A DNA stretch of 64,000 nt from a bacterium (GTDB lineage: Bacteria; Acidobacteriota; Thermoanaerobaculia; Multivoradales; JAHEKO01), in the NCBI GenBank assembly GCA_024224155.1, contig JAAENP010000114.1, positions 2,014 to 66,013 on the forward strand. Direction: 5' to 3'. The notes beneath the pieces were generated by a model. The model had not been told where the DNA came from and made no database searches. It saw nothing but the letters and a program-made list of their open reading frames with translations. Positions 28,054 to 36,631 of the stretch are shown one piece after another (position 1 is the first letter of the stretch; every line of letters starts with the position of its first letter). The translations under genes were made by a program, and so were the position numbers.

Positions 28054-29298
28054 TCAAGAAAGACCGTAGCGGTCGGCGTAGGCTATGAGTGCTTGCTCGA
28101 AAATCTCCATCGGCGGCCTGACCAACCCCGCCCCGACCTGCCCGACACCAGCCTCGCGGTGAGCGATGCCGGTGTTCACTCGCGGAGTGATCCCGAGCTC
28201 GACCACCCGGCGCACATCAATACCGGTCGGTGAGCCGCGAAAGTCGAGCGGCGGGATGGTGAAGTGCGAATGCTCGCCAAATGTGATCTCGTACATCTCG
28301 AGGGTGGCGTCGAGGGCGTCATGGGGCTTGCCTGAGACGAACTGCACGATCGCCGGTGCCGCGGCCATGGCGAAGGCGCCGATACCCGCGGTCTCGGTAA
28401 TGGTCGAGTCGCCGATGTCTGGGTTGGCGTCGGCGGCCGTAAAGCCCGAAAAGTAGAGGCCGTCTGGAGTCGCCGCCGGCGCCGTGAACCACTCGCCCTC
28501 CAGGCCCGAGACGCGGATCCCGAAATCGGTGCCGTTCCGAGCCATGGCCGTGACAATGGTCGAGCCCTCGATCCCGTGGCCGGCGTCGGCCATCGCTTTG
28601 CACGCCGCCATCACCGGGTTCAAGACCGAAAGGGCATTGTCACCGAGGAATTCGATCACCTTGCGTCGAGTCGAGGCCTCGGCCGAGCTCTCCGCGATGT
28701 GCGGCGCCAGGAGCTTGGCGAAAAGAAGCGATCCCGCCTTGTTGCGATTGTGCCCCTCATCGCCCATGTGCAAGGCCTCGGCCAGCAGAGCCCGAATGTC
28801 GAGCCCTCCCGCCGCCTCGATGGCCGTTTTGACGACCGGCCCCATCTCGTCGTTCATCCAGCGGAGCTTGTCGAGGACCTCGGGTGCGTAGGCACCGTAC
28901 CGAAGCACCTTGCCGTAGCCCTCGTTGAGGTTCGAGTAGGCCAAGTTGCCGTGGGTCTCGTTTTCGACCACGTAGACCGCCATCGACGGCGACGTGACAC
29001 CGGCCATCGGGCCGACCGCGCCGTGGTGATGGCAGGGGTCGAAATCGATCGCGCCCGATGAAGCCAACTCCTCGGCCGCGGCCTGGTTGTCGGCCCAGCC
29101 CTCGAAGATCGCGGCGCCGATCACCGCCCCGCGCATCGGCCCCGACATGCGCTGCCACTCGATCGGGGGTCCGGCGTGAAGTAGCCTGCGCTCCTGGAGC
29201 GCTGGAATCACGTCGGAGGCCCGGGCTATTGTCTTGAGAATCGGCCTGGCGCCGATCATCCGCTCGACCGTCTGCTGATTGGCTTGCTCGACGTTCAC
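28054..29298 (-). CDS. ylbE: DUF1116 family protein (YlbE/AllG-like)
   Basis: GTG start, 414 aa. LLHAGPPIEWQRMSGPMRGA, DPCHHHGAVGPMAGV, NLNEGYGKVLRYGAY, TAMARNGTDFGIRVSGL and NTGIAHREAGVGQVGAG match my recollection of E. coli YlbE along the whole length. Confidence 0.8.
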   Translation of the reverse strand: MNVEQANQQTVERMIGARPILKTIARASDVIPALQERRLLHAGPPIEWQRMSGPMRGAVIGAAIFEGWADNQAAAEELASSGAIDFDPCHHHGAVGPMAGVTSPSMAVYVVENETHGNLAYSNLNEGYGKVLRYGAYAPEVLDKLRWMNDEMGPVVKTAIEAAGGLDIRALLAEALHMGDEGHNRNKAGSLLFAKLLAPHIAESSAEASTRRKVIEFLGDNALSVLNPVMAACKAMADAGHGIEGSTIVTAMARNGTDFGIRVSGLEGEWFTAPAATPDGLYFSGFTAADANPDIGDSTITETAGIGAFAMAAAPAIVQFVSGKPHDALDATLEMYEITFGEHSHFTIPPLDFRGSPTGIDVRRVVELGITPRVNTGIAHREAGVGQVGAGLVRPPMEIFEQALIAYADRYGLS

Positions 29299-29331
29299 TT
29301 GAGAACTGCTCCTCTCGACAAGGGAATCAAC

Positions 29332-31020
29332 CTAGCCGATCTTGGCCAGGATCGCCTGAAGTCTCTCGTTGCCTCCCGCCGGCGGCCGCCACTCGACATG
29401 AACCACCGCCGCGTCCTGGGCGACAAGACTGTCGTGAAAGTGCTCGAGCCCGACGTTGATGCACGACACGGGGTCGAGCGGATCGAGCTCGACAGGGTGC
29501 TCCGGCCGAAGAACCGCGGGTGAGACTCGCTCCGCCACGAACCCAACCAGCTCCTCGGTGGAGCGAAAGACCGCGGCGCCGGCCAGCTCCAACTCCTCGA
29601 TCTGCGCGACCAGATCCTGCGGGTCGCTTTCGGTGCCGATCACCACGACTCCCACCTCGACGCCGGAACGCTCGCTCGAATCCCGCAAAGCCTGGCGAAT
29701 CACCGGCGCGAGCTCGGCCGCGGGGTTCGGATGAGCGCCGTCACCGAGCACCAGGTCGAGCAGGATGAGTCGGGTCGCCGGGTCGGAAGCCTCCTGCGCG
29801 ATGCGGCGCTGTCTCAGGTCGGAATCGATCATCGGATGGGGTCGCCCGACGGTGAACTCATCGGCACCCAGGTCCAGAATGGCATGGCCCGCGCTACGCT
29901 CGATCGAAGCGGCCGCAACTCCCTCGACTCCCAGGTTCGACGTCAACGGCGCCAGCAGGAATCTCAGGGCCTGGGTGACCTCGAGAGCCAAGGTACCCCC
30001 GGAGAACAGCCCCCGTACGAAACCTTCATCGAAAGGCTCCCCGCTGCGAGCTGAAACACCCGAGAACGAAGGTGTGTTCGCCAGTAACTCGACGGCCCGG
30101 TCGGCGGCGCCCTTGAGACTGGGAGCAAACCAGAGATTCGAAAGCGTTTCGAGCGGCGGCGCGGTGCCACTCAACGAAACCACCACCGGCTTGCCCGTAG
30201 CGCGTGCCGCCGCCAAGACCTTGGCTGCGACTTCCGGAGCCGGAGGCTTCGAGATCAACACGATGACGCGGGTCTCGGGGTCCCGCGCCAGCAGGTCGAG
30301 CGCTTGCAGCGTCGTCACTGCCGCGACCTCCCGGGACAGATCCCGACCCCCCGTCCCGATGGCTTGTGAAATCCCGGCTCCGAGGTCGTCGATGCGGCTC
30401 GCCACCGCCTGCAGGCCGGTCCCGGAGGCCGCGACAATCCCGACGCCTCCCCGTCGAACCCGATTGGCGAAGCCCAATCCAACGCCTCCGATGGTCGCAG
30501 TACCGCAGTCCGGTCCCATCACCAGGAGGCCCCGCTCTCGAGCCTCGAGTTTGAGCTCGACCTCGTCTTCGCCGGTCACATTGTCGCTGTAAAGAAAGAC
30601 GTGCCGACCGGCCCGAATCGCTTCGCGAGCCACCTGGGCGGCATAGCGACCGGGCACCGACACCAGCACCCAGCGCGAGTTGGGCGATCCTTCGAGCGCG
30701 GTGCGCAGACTCTTGGGCCGGAATGCGGCGACCTCGGAGTCTGCGCTTCTTGACATCAGGCGATCGACTTGTGCCAGAGCTTCGGCGGCAGCGACCTCGG
30801 ACTCGGCGCGCACCACGATCAAGAGGTCGTCCGGCCCGACCCCGGACAAGGCCTCGGGCAGCAGCGCACCGGCTGCCAGCAGCTCGAGGTTGGCCTCGGT
30901 CGCCATCACCACGCCGGCATCCTCGATGCCATCGAGCTTTGCCAGCGCGCTCTGGAGCTGCATCAAGACGATGGAATCAGCGTAGGCGCCACGGCGAATC
31001 TGGTGTCCAACTTGCGGCAT
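29332..31020 (-). CDS. fdrA: FdrA (AllF)-like acyl-CoA synthetase / succinyl-CoA synthetase alpha-like protein
   Basis: An internal Met at 31020 gives MPQVGHQIRRGAYADSIVLMQLQ..., the FdrA-type N-terminus (about 563 aa). CoA-binding and CoA-ligase-like segments are present (VSVPGRYAA, GPDCGTA, GIVAASGTGLQ). The start lies 4 nt after the amidase stop. Confidence 0.8.
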   Translation of the reverse strand: MPQVGHQIRRGAYADSIVLMQLQSALAKLDGIEDAGVVMATEANLELLAAGALLPEALSGVGPDDLLIVVRAESEVAAAEALAQVDRLMSRSADSEVAAFRPKSLRTALEGSPNSRWVLVSVPGRYAAQVAREAIRAGRHVFLYSDNVTGEDEVELKLEARERGLLVMGPDCGTATIGGVGLGFANRVRRGGVGIVAASGTGLQAVASRIDDLGAGISQAIGTGGRDLSREVAAVTTLQALDLLARDPETRVIVLISKPPAPEVAAKVLAAARATGKPVVVSLSGTAPPLETLSNLWFAPSLKGAADRAVELLANTPSFSGVSARSGEPFDEGFVRGLFSGGTLALEVTQALRFLLAPLTSNLGVEGVAAASIERSAGHAILDLGADEFTVGRPHPMIDSDLRQRRIAQEASDPATRLILLDLVLGDGAHPNPAAELAPVIRQALRDSSERSGVEVGVVVIGTESDPQDLVAQIEELELAGAAVFRSTEELVGFVAERVSPAVLRPEHPVELDPLDPVSCINVGLEHFHDSLVAQDAAVVHVEWRPPAGGNERLQAILAKIG

Positions 31021-31024
31021 CGCG

Positions 31025-32323
31025 CTAGCTCGAGCTTCTCGCCAGCGCTCGCTCGATCTCGAGGCCCCAGCTGAAGAGCCGCTCGTCCTGTCGCGACCGA
31101 GCCGCGACCTGGAGACCGATCGGCAAACCACCGGTGCCGGTCCCGGCCGGAATCGCGAGCGTCGGTAATCCGCAGTGCGTCCAGGGAAGATTCATGATCG
31201 GATCGCCGGTGGAGCGGAGTCCGTGGGGCGCGACTCCGGGCGCCGCCGGCGAAATCCACAGATCGAGGCCCCAGGTCGTCATCAGAGACTCGAGCTCGTC
31301 GCGCAACGACTCGCACCCGACGAGCGCGGTCTGCAGCTCGGAGTCCGAGATCCTCGAGCCCTCCTCGATCAAAAGCGCCGTCTTGGGATGGTAGAGATCT
31401 TGAAACCGTGAGTACCATTGTGCGTGAACCCTCGCCGCCTCCGCGGCGACTATGGCGCCATGGCGCACCTCGATCGCCTCGAAGTCCGCCATGACCTCGA
31501 CTCGGCGCACGTCGAAACCGGCACCTGTCAGGTGCTGGCACAGTTCGCGAAACCAACTGCGAGCCTCGCTTCCGGCGCGGCGCAGATAGGGACCGCCGGG
31601 AATTCCCAACACCGGGCGCCGCTCCTCGTAGAGCCTCTCCCAGCCTTCGCAAACCACCGCGGCGACGCGCTCGGCACCGGCAACGTCCGGTGCGAAGAAG
31701 CCGATGTGGTCGACCGACGGCGCCAGCGGAATGACGCCCTCGCGGGAAGCTCGATCGTAGGTGGGCTTGAAGCCCACGACGCCACAGTAGGAGGCCGGTC
31801 TCGAGATCGAACCGATCGTCTGAGTTCCCAGTGCGAGTGGACACAGGCCCGCCGCAACTGCCGCGGCGGAACCGGAAGACGAGCCGCCCGGTGTATGAGC
31901 CGGATCGTGCGGGTTCTTGGTCGAAGCGGGCGCGAAATAGGCGAACTCGGTGGTAGCGGTCTTGCCGAGAATCAGCGCGCCGGACCGGCGCAACCGAGTG
32001 ACCGCTTTCGCCTCCGGCCCCGCGAGCTCCTCCGGTGGCAAGCGGCTGCCGCCGGCCGTCGGAAAGCCGTCAACGTGAAATATGTCTTTGACTCCCACGG
32101 GAAGTCCGAAGAGCGGGGGCCGGGGAGTGCCCTGAGGGAATCGCTCGAGGAGGTCCCGCGCGTCTCGCCGCAGGCGCTCGAAACGTCCTTCCTCCGGGAC
32201 GAAGGCATGCAGCTTGGGCTCGCGCTCCCGGAACAGCGCTTCCAGCTCCTCGAGATAGTCGGTCAGTGCCACGGCCCCGGAGTGCAAGGAAGCGCTGGTG
32301 CTGCCAAGGTCGGTTGTCTTCAT
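31025..32323 (-). CDS. Amidase signature (AS) family amidase
   Basis: GGSSSGSAAAVAAGLCPLALGTQTIGSISRPASYCGVVGFKPT, the Ser-cisSer-Lys AS signature. The start overlaps the upstream stop (ATGA). Confidence 0.88.
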   Translation of the reverse strand: MKTTDLGSTSASLHSGAVALTDYLEELEALFREREPKLHAFVPEEGRFERLRRDARDLLERFPQGTPRPPLFGLPVGVKDIFHVDGFPTAGGSRLPPEELAGPEAKAVTRLRRSGALILGKTATTEFAYFAPASTKNPHDPAHTPGGSSSGSAAAVAAGLCPLALGTQTIGSISRPASYCGVVGFKPTYDRASREGVIPLAPSVDHIGFFAPDVAGAERVAAVVCEGWERLYEERRPVLGIPGGPYLRRAGSEARSWFRELCQHLTGAGFDVRRVEVMADFEAIEVRHGAIVAAEAARVHAQWYSRFQDLYHPKTALLIEEGSRISDSELQTALVGCESLRDELESLMTTWGLDLWISPAAPGVAPHGLRSTGDPIMNLPWTHCGLPTLAIPAGTGTGGLPIGLQVAARSRQDERLFSWGLEIERALARSSS

Positions 32324-32805
32324 GCGCTAGCGCTTCGCATTCGCTCCGCGGCCAGCAGCACCGCATCGACAATGTGCTGATATCCGGTGCATCGGCAGAG
32401 ATTGCCCGAAAGCGCCGCACGCACTTCCGCCTCGGTCGGGTTCTGGTTGTTTTCCAGAAACGGCACCATGGTCATCAGGATCCCGGCGGTGCAGAAACCG
32501 CATTGCAGAGCGTGCGCGTCGCGAAACGCGGTCTGGACAGGGTGCAGCTCGTCGACCGAGGGCGCCAGCCCCTCGACGGTGGCGAGCTTGCGCCCATCGG
32601 ACTGCACGGCAAAGAGCAGACAGGACCGCACCGGCGCTCCGTCCAGAAGCACCGTGCAGGCTCCGCACACACCGTGCTCGCATCCGACGTGGGTTCCGGT
32701 GAGACCCAGCTCGTGGCGCAGAAAATCCGAAAGCAGCTGGCGGGATTCGACCTCGCGCTCGTAGGCTCGGCCGTTGACCTCGGTGGAAACGACGTGCCGG
32801 CTCAT
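32320..32805 (-). CDS. Molybdenum hydroxylase [2Fe-2S] small subunit
   Basis: ATG at 32805 preceded by GAAGGTGG. Motifs CEHGVCGACTV, QCGFCTAG and CRCTGY. Confidence 0.9.
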   Translation of the reverse strand: MSRHVVSTEVNGRAYEREVESRQLLSDFLRHELGLTGTHVGCEHGVCGACTVLLDGAPVRSCLLFAVQSDGRKLATVEGLAPSVDELHPVQTAFRDAHALQCGFCTAGILMTMVPFLENNQNPTEAEVRAALSGNLCRCTGYQHIVDAVLLAAERMRSASA

Positions 32806-32809
32806 GACT

Positions 32810-33688
32810 TCATGCCACCTTCGCTCGATCAAGCGCCGTTGCCAGCACGCGGCGGGTCAGTGCTTCGGCCAGGTGGCGCTTAAAGGCCGCGGTCGCGTGG
32901 ATATCATCGCTCGGATCGACCTCGTCGCGGCCGGCCGTCAATGCTGCCTCCGCGAAGAGCTCCTCGGACGGCTGCTCGCCCTCGAGAATGGCACAGGCCC
33001 GGACGGCGGACATCGGAACCTCGCCGGCGCTCAGATAGACCAGCCGCGCGGCCGAGATCTTGCCGTCATCGCCCAGGGTCAGTCGCGCGGCGACCCCGGC
33101 GTGGGCGTAGTCGCCATGCCGGCGCGCGATCTCGCGGAACTCCCAACCGGTCCGGCGCGGCGTAGCCCGCACCCTGAGCTCGCAGAGCAGCTCGTCCTCG
33201 GCAAGTGCCGTGGTCATCAGGCCCTGACAGAAATCGGCGGCCGGCACGGTGCGCTCGCCGCGATGGCTTCTCAAGACGAGCTCCGCTTCGAGAGCCACTG
33301 CCGCCACCGGCAACTCCCCCGAGGGATCGGCGTGCGCGAGGCTTCCGCCCACGGTGCCACGGTTTCGGATCTGGGGGTGTGCGATGAGCGGCATGGTCAC
33401 CGCCAGCAGCGGGACCTGCCCGTGAACCCGGGTGTCTAGCTCGAGCCGGCGCTGTCGAGCCATCGCCCCGATGCGAACCGATCCATCATCTTCCACCTCG
33501 ATGTAGTCGAGCTCATCGACACCGTTGAGATCCACCAGGAAGGTAGGTTGCGCCAACCGGAAGTTGAGGACCGGAACCAAACTCTGACCACCGGCGAGCA
33601 CCTTGGCCTCGCCTCCCTTTTCGGCCAGAAGCCCGAGCGTCTCATCCAGTGAGCCGGGGGCGAGGTAGTCAAAGGGCGGAGGCTTCAT
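32810..33688 (-). CDS. Molybdenum hydroxylase FAD-binding medium subunit
   Basis: MKPPPFDYLAPGSLDETLGLLAEKGGEAKVLAGGQSLVPVLNFRLAQP and GTVGGSLAHADP. Confidence 0.9.
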   Translation of the reverse strand: MKPPPFDYLAPGSLDETLGLLAEKGGEAKVLAGGQSLVPVLNFRLAQPTFLVDLNGVDELDYIEVEDDGSVRIGAMARQRRLELDTRVHGQVPLLAVTMPLIAHPQIRNRGTVGGSLAHADPSGELPVAAVALEAELVLRSHRGERTVPAADFCQGLMTTALAEDELLCELRVRATPRRTGWEFREIARRHGDYAHAGVAARLTLGDDGKISAARLVYLSAGEVPMSAVRACAILEGEQPSEELFAEAALTAGRDEVDPSDDIHATAAFKRHLAEALTRRVLATALDRAKVA

Positions 33689-33778
33689 GCCGCAACCCGA
33701 GTTCTGAAAAACGATACCGAGACTTGTTTGCTCAAGTGGCTACACTAGCAAAATGTTAGCGTTCACAGGAGGCCTTTG

Positions 33779-34198
33779 ATGCTCCCCGTACGCGACGATC
33801 TGGTCATTCCCGAGCGCGAGCTGACCTATCGCTCGTCCCGGAGCTCGGGTCCCGGAGGACAGAACGTCAACAAGGTAGAGACCCGAGTGACACTTCTGTT
33901 CGACGTCTCGGCATCGACCGTCCTCCACGAGTCCCAGAAGGCGCGTCTCCGGCGCCGCCTGACGACGCGAATCAGCAAAGCCGGCGTACTGAGAGTCGTG
34001 TCACAAAAGCACCGTACTCAGGGAGCCAACCGGGAAGCGGCCAGAGCCAGACTCTCCGAGCTCCTGGCAGAAGCGCTCGAACCCGAACGCCGGCGCCGGC
34101 GCACGAGGACGCCCGAGAGGGCCAGGCGCAAGCGGCTGGAGGAGAAGAAACGGCGGGGTGACCTCAAGCGCGGTCGAGGGCAGGTGCGCGAGCCTTGA
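33779..34198 (+). CDS. arfB: Alternative ribosome-rescue factor ArfB (peptidyl-tRNA hydrolase, GGQ domain)
   Basis: CAGGAGG RBS. SSGPGGQNVNKVETRV GGQ motif and a basic C-terminal tail (RRRRRTRTPERARRKRLEEKKRRG). Confidence 0.9.
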   Translation: MLPVRDDLVIPERELTYRSSRSSGPGGQNVNKVETRVTLLFDVSASTVLHESQKARLRRRLTTRISKAGVLRVVSQKHRTQGANREAARARLSELLAEALEPERRRRRTRTPERARRKRLEEKKRRGDLKRGRGQVREP

Positions 34199-34620
34199 GC
34201 GGCCAAGATCGGGAGACCCACGTCGTCTTCTACGATGGGGTCTGCGGTCTGTGCGACCGCACGGTCCAGCTGCTTCTGAGAATCGACCGCACTCGTGCTC
34301 TGTCGTTCGCGCCTCTCCAGGGTAAGGCGGCGGCGGAGCTGAAGCGCAGACACCGAATCACCCGGGACTTGAAAACCCTGTTGTTCGTCGAGAGCTACGG
34401 CACCGACCGGGAGCTCGTCTCCTCTCACTCGACAGGAGTGCTTCGAATACTCGCCCGGCTCGGGGGCGTCTGGGGCGCCGTCTCGTGGTTGAGAATCGTA
34501 CCGCGACCGCTACGAGACCTCGTCTACCGAACCGTCGCCCGCCATCGCTATCACTGGTTCGGCCGATTCGACCACTGCAAGCTGCCCGACGCCGACCTCT
34601 CGGATCGTTTTCTGGACTGA
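34195..34620 (+). CDS. Thiol-disulfide oxidoreductase DCC family protein (DUF393)
   Basis: VVFYDGVCGLCDRTVQLLLRIDR (DxxCxxC). The TTG start overlaps the arfB stop. Confidence 0.8.
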   Translation: MSGQDRETHVVFYDGVCGLCDRTVQLLLRIDRTRALSFAPLQGKAAAELKRRHRITRDLKTLLFVESYGTDRELVSSHSTGVLRILARLGGVWGAVSWLRIVPRPLRDLVYRTVARHRYHWFGRFDHCKLPDADLSDRFLD

Positions 34621-34632
34621 ACCTAGCGACGA

Positions 34633-36561
34633 TTACCGTCGAGGCCCGACGCGAAGAGGTTCGGAACCGGCCGGCAGTGCGCCGATATCGGACTCTCCCG
34701 AATCGACCGACCTGAGTGGGTCGGGCCACTCCGCGGGAAGTCTCACGCCCGCGTCGACGGCCGCGCTGCCCGCCCCCAGGCGGTAGTCGTTGCCGGCCGC
34801 GGCCGCATCGAAACGAACGAAAGCCGGGTCGCCATAGACGCTGTCACTTTCCCAGCCCGGTGGATAGATGGCGCGGCTGTCCTCGAAAGCCTCCGAGGCG
34901 CGGTACCGAGCAAAAAAATCCGTCTCGCTGTCTTCGTCCCGAGTCGCGCTCCAGAACAGATTGCCGTCCGAGCGGAAGTCGACCCCGGCAGCCGGCACGT
35001 CCAGACTCGGCGTATCCTCGATATGCACGACGATGTTGTTGAACACGTCGCGAGTGGTCTCATGGAGATGGCTCCCAAGCCCCAGCAGGTAGGTCCACAT
35101 CCAGCGCTCGGCCCGGCGGGCGACGAAGGTGTTCTGATAGATCTTCATCGGCTCCCAGATCGGGCTACCATGGTCCCTGACCAGATTGCCGTACGCGGCA
35201 CGCGACCCTGAACCGCCCCGAGGTTCTTCGTAATACACCCTGGTCAGGTGCTCGATCACGTTGCGGTAGACGTACACGCCCTCGCCTGGCACGTTTCGCC
35301 GACCGCGGCCCCAGCCAAACACGATCGACGATAGGCAGCGCGAGATCCGGTTGCGGAAAACTCGAATCGGTCCATTGCCGCCGCTCCTCGAGGTCAAGAA
35401 GATCCCGTCGTCGTTGAAGTTCTCCACCAGATTGTGATGGAAGTCCGCGTTCCGGGCCTCGCCCAGAAAGACTCCGTCGTGGCCATCGGTGAACTCGTTC
35501 CAGGCGACTTCGAGATCGAGGTTCTTGGTGAGGACCCCAGCGGTTCGCAGCAGCACCCCCGCCGTGCCCTTGTACTTCAAACTGATCCGTGAGGACCACG
35601 GCGCCGACGGTCCGCGAAAGCGGGAGTTGATGACCCGCACCGCCCTCGTGTTCTCGAGCACCAGGGCGTGGTAGCCCGAATAGGCGGTGACCCCATCGAG
35701 CCGAATGCTCTCCGAGCCGATGATCTCAACGGCCGAGCGACCCGCGCCTCGAATCACGAGATCCTCAATCACGAGGTGGCTGGAGCCGAGGATGCGCATC
35801 GGCAGACGACTGCTTCCGGTCACCACCATCGGCACCTCTCTGGGATCGGTGGCGCCTCGATACCGGCTCTCGAGGGGATAGTAGTCGGCTCGGTCGTGAG
35901 CCAGCCGCACATGGATTCTCCGCGTTCTCGGGTTGTACCAAAGCCCCGGGCCGCAGTAGAGCGGCGCGGTCCTGCTCGTGAAAACTGTTTCGTCCGAGCG
36001 CAGATCCGACAGCCAGGTGTAGCTGTGCAGAGGCACCATCGAATCTCCGAACAAGCCCTGTGCGCCGCTCAAGCCCGGGTACACTCGAGTCGATCGGTAC
36101 TCGCCCTCCGCGCCGTCGCCAACCGGTTTCCACGCGCTCCGAGGGGTTTCGAAGAACTCCCGGAAGCCGCCGTCAATGATCACCAGCTCGTTCGGGTGCG
36201 GACGGATGGTGATGGGCCGGCCGGCCACGGCTGCGAGCCGGATCTCGATCGGCCCGTAGTAGACACCCTGCCTCAGAACCAGCGTATCGCCGGGCGCTAA
36301 CTGGCGAATGGCATGGGCGACGGTGCGCCAGGGTTCGGCCTCGGTCCCGGCCGCTCGGTCGCTGCCAGCGGGCGCGACGTATTTGTGCGGACCGTCTCCG
36401 AGCGGTCGGCTCGATGCCTGAGGCAAGGACCGCATCGGCGCGTGCGAGAGAAAGACCGGCGCGGAGGGCGGCATCGCCCCGGCATGTCCCCGGGGGGCAG
36501 AGATCCAGAGGAGGGCACACAAGCTCACCGCAACCAGTCCTCTGCCGCGCTCCGACGTCAC
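34633..36561 (-). CDS. Exported right-handed parallel beta-helix repeat protein
   Basis: A GTG at 36561 gives the signal peptide VTSERGRGLVAVSLCALLWISAPRGHAGA. Periodic beta-helix-like repeats are visible (IRGAGRSAVEI.., VLENTRAVRVINSRF, NLVENFNDDGIFL). The longer ORF-track start at 36831 is unlikely. Confidence 0.6.
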   Translation of the reverse strand: MTSERGRGLVAVSLCALLWISAPRGHAGAMPPSAPVFLSHAPMRSLPQASSRPLGDGPHKYVAPAGSDRAAGTEAEPWRTVAHAIRQLAPGDTLVLRQGVYYGPIEIRLAAVAGRPITIRPHPNELVIIDGGFREFFETPRSAWKPVGDGAEGEYRSTRVYPGLSGAQGLFGDSMVPLHSYTWLSDLRSDETVFTSRTAPLYCGPGLWYNPRTRRIHVRLAHDRADYYPLESRYRGATDPREVPMVVTGSSRLPMRILGSSHLVIEDLVIRGAGRSAVEIIGSESIRLDGVTAYSGYHALVLENTRAVRVINSRFRGPSAPWSSRISLKYKGTAGVLLRTAGVLTKNLDLEVAWNEFTDGHDGVFLGEARNADFHHNLVENFNDDGIFLTSRSGGNGPIRVFRNRISRCLSSIVFGWGRGRRNVPGEGVYVYRNVIEHLTRVYYEEPRGGSGSRAAYGNLVRDHGSPIWEPMKIYQNTFVARRAERWMWTYLLGLGSHLHETTRDVFNNIVVHIEDTPSLDVPAAGVDFRSDGNLFWSATRDEDSETDFFARYRASEAFEDSRAIYPPGWESDSVYGDPAFVRFDAAAAGNDYRLGAGSAAVDAGVRLPAEWPDPLRSVDSGESDIGALPAGSEPLRVGPRR

Positions 36562-36631
36562 CGGCACCAGCTTAGCCGAGCCGCAGCAGCAGCTGGACCA
36601 GATCCTGCTAGGGTCGGCGCTAGCTACCGAG

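Noticed and set aside
33725-33752. Operator-like dyad TTGCT-N14-AGCAA upstream of arfB
   Set aside because: Only the outer 5 nt are truly complementary and there is no adjacent regulator gene. This is too weak to report as a regulatory site.
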